A stretch of 64,000 nucleotides of DNA from Macrostomum lignano (taxonomy: Eukaryota): NCBI GenBank assembly GCA_002269645.1, contig NIVC01002020.1:1-64000 (forward strand). The letters run 5' to 3'. This document shows, piece after piece, positions 40,195 to 51,351 of this stretch (its first letter is position 1; every line of letters starts with the position of its first letter). Position numbers and translations under genes: made by a program. Below the pieces are notes generated by a model. The model saw only the letters and a program-made list of their open reading frames with translations. It made no database searches and had not been told where the DNA came from.

Positions 40195-42895
40195 CAATGT
40201 CAAACATTAAAGAGCCACCATGTCCAACATATATGTGACTTCATGTCAAACATTAAAGAGCCATCATGTCAAACATAAAAGAGCCACCATGTCAAACATA
40301 AAAGAGCCACCATGTCAAACATAAAAGAGCCACCATGTCAAACATAAAAGAGCCACCATGTCAAACATAAAAGAGCCATCATGTCAAACATTAAAGAGCC
40401 ACCATGTCAAACATTAAAGAGCCACCATGTCTAACATTTAAGAGCCACCATGTCTAACATTTAAGAGCCACCATGTCAAATATTAAAGAGCCACCATGTC
40501 AAACATTAAAGAGCCACCATGTCAAACATTAAAGAGCCACCATGTCAAACATTAAAGAGCCACCATGTAGAACATTAAAGAGCCATCATGTCAAACATAA
40601 AAGAGCCACCATGTCAAATATTAAAGAGCCACCATGTCAAAAATTAAAGAGCGACCATGTCTAACATTAAAGAGCCACCATGTCAAACATTAAAGAGCCA
40701 TCATTACGTTAAGCTGCCACCAGGTCAAACATTAACGAGTCACCATGTCAAGTATATTCGTGACTCCATGTCAAACATAAAAGAGCCACCATGAAGAACA
40801 TAATAGAGCCACCATGTCAAACATTAAAGAGCCACCATGTCAAACATAAAAGAGCCACTATGTCACACATAAAAGAGCCACCATGTCAAACATATATGTG
40901 AATCTATGTCAAACAGTAAAGAGCCACCATGTCGAACATTAAAGAGCCACCATGTCGAACATTAAAGAAACACCATGTCCAACATATATGTGATTCCATG
41001 TCAAACATTAAAGAGCCACCATGTCAAACATAAAAGGACTACCATGTCGAACATTAAAGAGGCACCATGTCAAACATTAAAAAGCCACCACGTCTAACAT
41101 TATAGAGCCACCATGTCAAACATTAAAGAGCAACCATGTCAAACATAAAAGAGCCACCATTTTGAACATTAAAGAGCCACCATGTCAAACATTAAAGAGC
41201 CACCATTTCGAACATTAAAGAGCCACCATGTCATCATAAAAGAGCCACCATGTCGAACATAAAAGAGCCACCATGTCGAACATAAAAGAGCCACCATGTC
41301 GAACATAAAAGAACCACAATGTCGAACATAAAAGAGCCACAATGTCAAACATTAAAGAGCCACCATGTCGAACATTAAAGAACCACCATGTCTAACATTA
41401 AAGAGCCACCATGTCGAACATTAAAGAGCCACCATGTCGAACATTAAAGAGCCACCATGTCGAACATTAAAGAAACACCATGTCCAACATATATGTGATT
41501 CCATGTCAAACATTAAAGAGCCACCATGTCCAACATAAAAGGACCACCATGTCGAACATTAAAAAGCCACCATGTCTAACATTATAGAGCCACCATGTCG
41601 AACATTAAAGAGCAACCATGTCAAACATAAAGAGCCACGATTTTGAACATTAAAGAGCCACCATGTCGAATAATAAAGAGCCACCATGTCAAACATTAAA
41701 GAGCCACCATTTCGAACATTAAAGAGACACCATGTCAAACATTTAAGAGCCACCATGTCGAACATAAAAGACCCACCATGTCAAACATAAAAGATCCACC
41801 ATGTCAAACATTTAGAGGCACCATGCAGAGCATAAAAGAAGCACCATGTAAAACATTTTTGTGACTTTATGTCAAACAATAAAGAGCCACCATGTCGAAC
41901 ATTAAAGAGCAACCATGTCAAACATAAAAGAGCCACTATTTCGAACATTAAAGAGCCACCATGTCAAACAATAAAGAGCCACCATGTCAAACATTCAAGA
42001 GCCACCATGTCAAACATATATGTGACTTTATGTCAAACATTAAAGAGCCACCATTTCGAACATTAAAGAGCCACCATGTCGAACATAAAAGAGCCACCAT
42101 GTCGATCATAAAAGAGCCAGCATGTAAAACATTAAAGAGCCACATTGTCAAACATTAAAGAGCCATTATGTCTAACATTAAAGAGCCACCATGTGAAACA
42201 TTAAAAAGCCACCATGTCAAATATTTAAGAGCCACTATGTCGAACATAAAAGAGCCACCATGTCGATCATAAAAGAGCCACCATGTAAAACATTAAAGAG
42301 CCACATTGTCAAACATTAAAGAGCCATTATGTCAAACATTAAAGAGCCACCATGTCTAACATTAAAGAGCCACCATGTGAAACATTAAAAAGCCACCATG
42401 TCAAATATTTAAGAGCCACCATGTCAAACATAAAAGAGCCACTATTTCGAACATTAAAGAGCCACCATGTCAAACAATAAAGAGCCACCATGTCAAACAT
42501 AGAAGCGCCACCATGTCGAACATTCAAGAGCCACCATGTCAAACATATATGTGACTTTATGTCAAACATTAAAGAGCCACCATTTCGAACATTAAAGAGC
42601 CACCATGTCGAACATACAAGAGCCACCATGTCAAACATTAAAGAGCTACCATGTCAAACATAAAAGAGCCACCATTTCGAACATTAAAGAGCCACTATTT
42701 CGAACATTAAAGAACCACCATTTCGAACATTAAAGAGCCACCATGTCAAACATAAAAGAGCCATCATGTCAGACATTGAAAAGCCACCGTATTAAACATA
42801 AAAGAGTTACCATGTAGAACATAAAAAAGCCACCATGTCATCATAAAAGAGCCACCATGTCAAACATAAAAGAGCCACCATGTCAAACATAAAAG
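40195..42895. repeat. Expanded 23-bp minisatellite (agagccaccatgtcaaacattaa), about 2.7 kb
   Basis: Directly visible. Confidence 0.95.
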
Positions 42896-43251
42896 ATACA
42901 CAGTTTCAAACGTAAAAGTAAGCGAATTTTAAAGGAGTCACTATAATGCTAAGGAAATTGTCGCACTAGCTACTTATTGTCTGGTGGATGCTTGCTATCT
43001 GGAGGATGCTTGCTATCTAGGGGATGCTTGCTATCTGGGGATGCTTGCTATTTTGGGGATGCTTGCTATCTGGGGGATGCTTGCTATTTGGGGGATGCTT
43101 GCTGTCTTGGGATGATTTCTTTTTGCATTGCACTTCATTTGAGTATTTTGTCTGTTTTCTTCGTGAAGGCTTTATTTGGCTATCTTTCTGTTACTTGTAG
43201 AGAACAGAGATTCTATACAGATGTCCCCCAACGGGGGGCGAAGATTGCTAG

Positions 43252-43525
43252 TTTGAGACTAAATTGGAATCTCGGCTTGGCTCTGCTCGTGCAATTAACG
43301 CCATTGAGGGCCCTCAACCCTCAAGACACAGTGAAGTGTACATGCCTAACGATAAATAAAGTTAGGGCCGCTGTACACTCCTGTGTGAGTGTGTGCCAAT
43401 GCGTATGACTGCGTACGTATCCGCGCGCTTGTGTGCCTGCTCAGGGGAGTCGGCGGAATGGGCAGCAATGCCCCTCGCCGGTTGTGCGATAATGTCGCTT
43501 AAAGTGCGCCAGGGACACAGCCCTG
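43252..43525 (+). mobile_element. SINE body, continuation of the SINE interrupted at 13348
   Basis: tttgagactaaattggaatctcggcttggctctgctcgtgc... matches the reverse complement of 44605-44883. Confidence 0.85.
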
Positions 43526-43815
43526 CCTGTAAGAATGATGTGTTGCAAATCACGAGAGTCGAATTTAATTTGATTAATTTAAAGTTTTTACCGAAATGTG
43601 AGAACTATTTCTGCCATGGGATTTCTATTTGGTTCACACTGTACGGCTAAAGTGTAAACCCGGTCTAGTTTTTAACTAACAAAAAAACAAATCGCTACGA
43701 GTATCTTTCATACAGCGGTACACTTGGATGATTTTAACATGACAGGACGTAGTAAACTTCCTAACGATAAGAATGCGCTTTTATAGATATGTTGTTCGAA
43801 GGTTGGAAATAACTT

Positions 43816-45345
43816 TCATTGCTTTCGCGGTCCTTCCTCCGGCGTCTTCCAGATTAAGAACACCCGAGAGTCGAACTTGAAGAAGATGCACATCTCCGGC
43901 TCGTGACTGTAGCTGGCGTAGTACTTGCCCTGCACTATCATGATGTGCCACATCGGGCCGAACTCGCGGTCAAGACGCTGCTTCACGTTCAAAGCGATGT
44001 CGCGCTCGTCGTTGAAGTTCGAGCAGGCGTTGCGGACGATTTGCACGACCTGGTACTGGGTCCACTCGCTCATGTGGACCAGGATGATTCGGACGTCGCT
44101 TGGCAGGCCGGAGCGGATGAGGCTCTGGCGTCGGTAGTTGCGTCTGAAAACCCGATTTTGCATTTGATCTATTTTAACTTTTGAATGCCACGGTCTAGCG
44201 GGATTAAACAGTTCAGCTTACGCGCTTTTCGTCTGCAGGCCGAGGACTTCGCAGAACTCGTCAAAGCTGATGACTCCGTCTCCGTCTAGGTCGAACATGG
44301 TGAGCCATTTCTGTGCGGAAATTTGAGTTGTTGCAGTGAATCGTCTGTCTGTAGCTTTTTATCGCTTGGTATCTTAGTGTCCGTCTGTAATATGGCACCC
44401 TGGCGCAATGCCCTCAGCGACATCGTCCCGCCATCAGCACTGACTGAAGCGCGCCAATACTGCACGCAGGCAAAGCACTCATACACAGCTCACCCAGGGT
44501 GTACAGCGGCCCTGACTTTCTAATCGTCAGGCATGTACACTCTCTGTGCCTTGGGGGTTGGCCCTCATGGCTGTGAATGACATGACAATTTTTTTTATTA
44601 GAGGCCGGGGGCTGTGTGCACTCTGGCGCACTTCAAGCGACATTGTCGCACAACCGGCGAGAGGCATTGCTGCCCATTCCGCCGACTCCCCTGAGCAGGC
44701 ACACAAGCGCGCGGATACGTACGCAGTCATACGCACAGGCGCACACTCACACAGGAGTGTACAGCGGCCCTAGCTTTATTTATCGTTAGGCATGTACACT
44801 TCACTGTGCCTTGGGGGGTTGGCTCTCAATGGCGTTAATTGCACGAGCAGAGCCAAGCCGAGATTCCAATTTAGTCTCAAATTAATGTGACTGCACTTGG
44901 AATCGAGCCTGGGCCGCTGGCACACCAGAGCAGCTGTGCTACCGCTGGGCTACGCCCCCCCTTTATGGCATGACAATCCCCTCGGGCCAATTTTATTTTA
45001 CGTGCACACCAGCCCCCCAATGAATGTGGGGCCGCGCACGGAATGGCTGTCTGTCTTAGAGCTCTGGCCTCTCCTTCTTAGTTTCTAAATTCCCATCTGG
45101 AGCAGCCCAGCCCGGTTAGTCGCCAACCGAACCTTGACAAAGGACTCCTGAAAGTTGTTCTTCTTCATGTAGGCCCTCAGCTCATCAACCGTGATGGTCT
45201 CGCTGCCGTCCTCGTCAATGGCAATGAAGGCGTTCAGGAACGGATTGTCGGCGATGTCGCTTTTCTCTTCGGCAGGCGGTGCCCTTGTCTGGTGCGTGGC
45301 CCTATAAGTCTGGGCCAGGTTTGTCGGCTTGCTGCTTGCCTGCAT
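43816..45345 (-). CDS. Tegumental allergen-like (TAL) protein: EF-hand pair plus dynein light chain-like domain; exons 45345-45133, 44310-44222, 44143-43816; 209 aa
   Basis: FLNAFIAIDEDGSETITVDEL (EF1), KWLTMFDLDGDGVISFDEFCEVLGL (EF2) and MSEWTQY..VKQRLDREFGPMWH..GKYYASYSHEP..FKF..LIWKTP (DLC). Same architecture and motifs as Schistosoma Sm22.6/TAL1. GT-AG junctions are phase-consistent. Confidence 0.88.
44605..44959 (-). mobile_element. Intact tRNA-derived SINE in TAL intron 1, with a diverged partial repeat of its body at about 44380-44575
   Basis: Reverse complement reads ggggcgtagcccagcggtagc...ggctcgattccaagtgcagtcacattaatttgagactaaattgg..., i.e. head and body contiguous. Confidence 0.85.
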
Positions 45346-46086
45346 GGCTCTGAGTTTCAGCAGTTTTGAGGCGCTAAGGCTTGAAAACTATAGATGGTGG
45401 CTTCAATCTTCTATCATTTTCGAAAAAGCCCTGGCCGTTTGGTTATTTAAGCAGTACAAGTGCAGGAAAGTTGCTTGTTGTTTACCCCCATCCCCAGCCA
45501 GAGAGAAGCATGAGGGTCTGGCAGGCAGAGCATAGCACAGTGGGGGGGGGGAGGCTGCTGGCACAATGCCACGCATGAACGGGCCCAGCTATCTTTTAAG
45601 CAGCGATTGTCCAGCCTTGAATCTGCAGCGCGCACTCGCCTTGTGATAATGCTGCATTCTTTCTTTCTCTTTCTTTCTTCCCGAGCGGTTGGCAAAGGTG
45701 ACTCGGCTGGCTCACCTGCATTCTAATTAGGCTGCAGCAGTTGATATCGCGTTGAAAAAAAATTGTGAGCTGAGCTCATAATAATGTATTATATGGAAAA
45801 CAAAATTAAAAAAATCATGCAAGCCCCGCGTGATGTTCTCTAAGATAGATGGGTGTTAAATACGCGTAGGTCGGATTAACGTCGCCTAGTCATCGCTGGA
45901 CGTCTGTTTTCGTTTTTTAGCACTAAAATGACAATATGCGGTTTTTATTGATTGACACCTTGAATGAAACTCCAAAATATGAAGCAATCTTTATAATGTG
46001 TTTAAAACAAAACTGAAGCATTTCAATCTTGCTGATGTATTTTTAGAAGCCCAGCCCGATCTGGCCTTGCACGATTTTCAAGGACA

Positions 46087-46905
46087 GTCTAGTAGCACAC
46101 TAGTTGCAGTCTAGTAGCACACTAGTTGCAGTCTAGTAGCACACTAGTTGCAGTCTAGTAGCACACTAGTTGCAGTCTAGTAGCACACTAGTTGCAGTCT
46201 AGTAGCACACTAGTTGCAGTCTAGTAGCACACTAGTTGCAGTCTAGTAGCACACTAGTTGCAGTCTAGTAGCACACTAGTTGCAGTCTAGTAGCACACTA
46301 GTTGCAGTCTAGTAGCACACTAGTTGCAGTCTAGTAGCACACTAGTTGCAGTCTAGTAGCACACTAGTTGCAGTCTAGTAGCACACTAGTTGCAGTCTAG
46401 TAGCACATTAGTTGCAGTCTAGTAGCACACTAGTTGCAGTCTAGTAGCACACTAGTTGCAGTCTAGTAGCACACTAGTTGCAGTCTAGTAGCACACTAGT
46501 TTCAGTCTAGTAGCACACTAGTTGCAGTCTAGTAGCACACTAGTTGCAGTCTAGTAGCACACTAGTTGCAGTCTAGTAGCACATTAGTTGCAGTCTAGTA
46601 GCACACTAGTTGCAGTCTAGTAGCACACTAGTTGCAGTCTAGTAGCACACTAGTTGCAGTCTAGTAGCACACTAGTTGCAGTCTAGTAGCACACTAGTTG
46701 CAGTCTAGTAGCACACTAGTTGCAGTCTAGTAGCACACTAGTAGCAGTCTAGTAGCACACTAGTTGTAGTCTAGTAGCACACTAGTTGCAGTCTAGTAGC
46801 ACACTAGTTGCAGTCTAGTAGCACACTAGTTGCAGTCTAGTAGCACACTAGTTGCAGTCTAGTAGCACACTAGTTGTAGTCTAGTAGCTCACTAGTTGCA
46901 TTCTA
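46087..46905. repeat. 22-bp minisatellite (ctagtagcacactagttgcagt)
   Basis: Directly visible and highly homogeneous. Confidence 0.97.
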
Positions 46906-47014
46906 GTTTAATAACAAAAATAGAACTATTTTAATAGCAAAACCGCTTCAATGTTTTACTTGAAATCATGGGAATTAAAGCGAAAAAATACTTGACTAAA
47001 TCTGACAGAAGAGA

Positions 47015-47572
47015 AAGATCTGGAGTGACAGAATCGATCTGGAGTGACAGAATAGATCTGGAGTGACAATCAATCTGGAGTGACAGAATAGATCTGGAGT
47101 GACAGAATAGATCTGGAGTGACAGAATAGATCTGGAGTGACAGAATAGATCTGGAGTGACAGAATAGATCTGGAGTGACAGAATAGATCTGGAGTGACAG
47201 AATAGATCTGGAGTGACAGAATCAATCTGGAGTGACAGAATAGATCTGGAGTGACAGAATCAATCTGGAGTGACAGAATAGATCTGTAGTGACAGAATCA
47301 ATCTGGAGTGACAGAATAGATCTGGAGTGACAGAATCAATCTGGAGTGACAGAATAGATCTGGAGTGACAGAATCAATCTGGAGTGACAGAATAGATCTG
47401 GAGTGACATAATCAATCTGGAGTGACAGAATAGATCTGGAGTGACAGAATCAATCTGGAGTGACAGAATAGATCTGGAGTGACAGAATCAATCTGGAGTG
47501 ACAGAATAGATCTGGAGTGACAGAATCAATCTGGAGTGACAGAATCAATCTGGAATGACAGAATCAATCCAG
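47015..47572. repeat. 19-bp minisatellite (gatctggagtgacagaata), partly alternating variants
   Basis: Directly visible. Confidence 0.96.
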
Positions 47573-48049
47573 ATAAAGACAGGCAAGAGTGCACAGGGCA
47601 GCCTTTATTCTACTCCGAACTCAGCTATAAATTTTGACAGAAAATATTTCCTAGCAAATCGAGCAGGACCCAGCAACAGACAGTCGCCAGCCAACTGGGA
47701 TTAAAGAATTTGCCAAGAGCTTCGTTCAGCTGGGACAAAATCGATATGCAATCAACTCGGGTGCTTTTTTCTCCCCAGATTTTGCTCTTATCTTGTCCAA
47801 CCCTGTCTCCCGCCCTTAAATAATAATTTCCTGTTTTGCATTGCGGCCGAGATGAAAATTTTGTAATAAATGGTTTTTCAAACAGGGAAAGTGCATAAAT
47901 ATTTTTTGTTGTATGCGTTGTTTGGCCCATGCAATAATAAATTTAACTATATTAAGTTTAACGAAACGTTCAGAGTGACCTTTTTAGCAAAAAGGTTTTA
48001 TTTGCTTTTATCTGAGGATAACTTCTGACAGGTTCGCCGCTATGCTTGT

Positions 48050-48612
48050 ACCATAGACTATGCGAATTGCTTTGTAGGCTGTTATGTCGTAGACAGTTTA
48101 TCCTGAATTCCCTGCTCGGGCCTTTGTGCCATAGACAGTTTATCCTGAATTCCCTGTGCTCTGACGTTTGTGCCATAGACAATTGTCCTGATTTCCGTGG
48201 TCAAGGGTTCGTGCCATAGACAGTTTGTCCTGAAATCCCTGGTCGGGCGTTTGTACTAGAGACAGTTCATCATGAATTCCCTTCTCTGGCGTTTGTGACA
48301 TAGACAGTTTATACTAAATTCCCTGGTCGAGGGTTCGTGCCATAGACAATTTATCCTGAATTCCCTGCTCGGGCCTTTGTGCTATAGGAAGCTCATTCTG
48401 AATCCCTGCTCGGGCGTTTGTGTCATAGACAGTTTATCCTGGAATCACTTGGTCGGGGGTTGTGTCATAGACAGTTTATCCTGAAATCCCTTGGTCGGGG
48501 GGTTGTGCCATAGACAATTTATTATGAATTCTATGCTTGGGGTTTGTGCGTGCCATAGACAGTTTATCCTTAATTCTCGGGTTGGGCGTTTGTGCCATAG
48601 ACAGTTTATCCT
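48050..48612. repeat. Degenerate about 42-bp minisatellite (gccatagacagtttatcctgaattccctgctcgggcctttgt)
   Basis: Directly visible. Confidence 0.88.
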
Positions 48613-49119
48613 CAAAGAGTACACTCCTTCAGATCGGCACCTCGATTCACATGGAATGCTTGTCCTTGACAAAAGTCCAAATTTCGTTCAAGCCCTTAAT
48701 GCGCTCGCCATGAATGAAAGTTCACGAAGCTGGAGCTGGCAGCCGCATTAGTGAATGGAATTTTCCTTCAAGTTGTTGCTAGCCAAGAATTTCCCTTGTA
48801 AAAGCATCGGGGGGTAGCGGAATTAGGGAAAGTTGTGGATGGAGAAATGGGATATGAATAGAGTAAAAAAGATTTCTCTAGCACAGCTGATTGCAGATCT
48901 TGGACTTTGCCGGATTGCTTGATATATTATAGTGTACTCCCACGCATCCGTGTTTCTGCTTCGAAGTTTGGCCTATTTTCATCGGTTTTCATCGATGGGA
49001 GGATTGTTAATACAAGATCTTCGTACAATAGCGATGGAAAACATAGGCCGCATGTTAACCCTTCTTTGGAACCCTAAATATTGAATCCTAACAACTATAA
49101 GAGATAATCTTGCTGAAAA

Positions 49120-50132
49120 AATGACCTCAACCCTTACTCAAAGATGACCTCAACCCTACTCAGAGATGCCCTCAACCCTACTCAGAGATGACCTCAACCC
49201 TACTCAGAGATGACCTCAACCCTACTCAGAGATGACCTCGACCTTACTCAGAGATGACCTCAACCCTACTCAGAGATGACCTCAACCCTTACTCAAAGAT
49301 GACCTCAACCCTACACAGAGATGACCTCAACCCTACTCAGAGATGACCTCAACCCTACTCAGAGATGACCTCAACCCTACTCAGAGATGACCTCAACCCT
49401 ACTCAGAGATGACCTCAACCCTACTCAGAGATGACCTCAACCCTACTCAGAGATGACCTCGACCTTACTCAGAGATGACCTCAACCCTACTCAGAGATGA
49501 CCTCGACCTTACTCAGAGATTACCTCAACCCTACTCAGAGATGACCTCAACCCTTACTCAAAGATGACCTCAACCCTACACAGAGATGACCTCAACCCTA
49601 CTCAGAGATGACCTCAACCCTACTCAGAGATGACCTCAACCCTACTCAGAGATGACCTCAACCCTACTCAGAGATGACCTCAACCCTACTCAGAGATGAC
49701 CTCGACCTTACTCAGAGATGACCTCAACCCTACTCAGAGATGACCTCAACCCTTACTCAGAGAGATGACCTCAACCCTACTCAGAGATGACCTCAACCCT
49801 ACTCAGAGATGACCTCGACCTTACTCAGAGATGACCTCAACCCGACTCAGAGATGACCTCAACCCTTCTCAAAGATGACCTCAACCCTACTCAGAGATGA
49901 CCTCAACCCTACTCAGAGATGACCTCAACCCTACTCAGAGATGACCTCAACCCTACTCAGAGATGACCTCAACCCTACTCAGAGATGACCTCAACCCTAC
50001 TCAGAGATGACCTCAACCCTACTCAGAGATGACCTCAACCCTACTCAGAGATGACCTCAACCCTACTCAGAGATGACCTCAACCCTACTCAGAGATGACC
50101 TCAACCCTACTCAGAGATGACCTCAACCCTTA
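49120..50132. repeat. 22-bp minisatellite (gatgacctcaaccctactcaga)
   Basis: Directly visible. Confidence 0.96.
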
Positions 50133-50397
50133 CTCTTACAAAAAATTATTCTAAACCTTGCGCAATAGGATAAATATTGTCTGGATCAAAACAAGTCTCA
50201 AAACCGATCCAGGAAGACTATCTACACTCCGTGTTGCCCTTTTCGAAATCCAGTTACTATAATTAATTCAGTTTGAATCTCACAATGGTACCTGTTGGTG
50301 CTGCTAAGTGCTTGCTAATGGATTTATGTTGATAAGCTTAATTCGATATAATCCAATATTGCTTAATGAAAGTATTGCAATAGTAGGTGACACTATA

Positions 50398-50960
50398 GTC
50401 AGAAACTGTGATTTGGCCAAAAACTGTGTCAGTTGGTCAGAAACTGAGCCAGTTGGTCAGAAACTGTGTCAGTTGGTCAGAAACTGTGTCAGTTGGTCAG
50501 AAACTGTGCTAGTTGGTCAGAAACTGCGCTAGTTGGTCAGAAACTGTGTCAGTTGGTCAGAAACTGTGTCAGTTGGTCAGAAACTGTGTCAGTTGGTCAG
50601 AAACTGTGTCAGTCGGTCAGAAACTGTGTTAGTTGGTCAGAAACTGTGCTAGTTGGTCAGAAACTGTGCTAGTTGGTCAGAAACTGTGCTAGTTGGTCAG
50701 AAACTGTGCCAGTTGGTCAGAAACTGCGCCAGTTGGTCAGAAACTGTGTCAGTCGGACAGAAACTGTGTTAGTTGGTCAGAAACTGTGTCAGTTGGTCAG
50801 AAACTGTGCCAGTTGGTCAGAAACTGTGTCAGTTGGTCAGAAACTGTGTCAGTCGGTCAGAAACTGTGTTAGTTGGTCAGAAACTGTGCCAGTTGGTCAG
50901 AAACTGTGCCAGTTGGTCAGAAACTGTGTCAGTTGGTCAGAAACTGTGATTTGGTCAGAA
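50398..50960. repeat. 20-bp minisatellite (tcagaaactgtgtcagttgg)
   Basis: Directly visible. Confidence 0.95.
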
Positions 50961-51351
50961 GCTAGCCAACACATCGAGTAAACCAGGCACACGCAGGCAT
51001 GAAATATGACTGACGGGCGATAATTTCCCCCATCTACATCGATTGGAAGTGAACTTGAACCGGCTGGGAAAAAATTCTAAGGTCAACCTCGTGCGATTTT
51101 AAGCTAATCGCAAAATCATCTCTATCCCGAATTCGTCATTTTGATGTAAAAAACTCGCTCCGCGCAGGTGGGTGAAGGGATGGAGGCGAATATTCGAGTG
51201 CAGATTGTTCTTGCCTCGCCACAGATAAGCGGCTAGTGCGGGCATAAAAATCGGTGCTTGTGACCCGCTGTTAAAACGACGCAAGTTTGCGCTTGTTTTT
51301 AGTCTACTTATAGTAGGATCTTCTAACCTGCAAGATCAGTAGTTAAATCTT

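Larger units (their letters stand above)
13349..43251 (+). mobile_element. Composite head-to-tail array of four Helitron units (29,903 bp)
   Basis: Begins A|TCCTATAT and ends hairpin-CTAG|T with no TSD. Internal CTAG|TCCTATATACTAAAAATG junctions lie at 23905/6, 29538/9 and 39602/3. The flanks rejoin into the SINE sequence cacattaa|tttgagact. Confidence 0.92.
39603..43251 (+). mobile_element. Helitron unit 4, non-autonomous (3,649 bp), mostly expanded 23-bp minisatellite
   Basis: 5' TC core, tRNA-like box, 23-bp array, 18-bp array, hairpin gtccccc-aac-ggggggc and CTAG|T; no coding sequence. Confidence 0.9.

Noticed and set aside
13349-43251. Simple segmental duplication or assembly duplication of one Helitron
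   Set aside because: Units differ in 5' region, STPR-like repeat number, indels and many substitutions, and all breakpoints fall exactly at Helitron termini.
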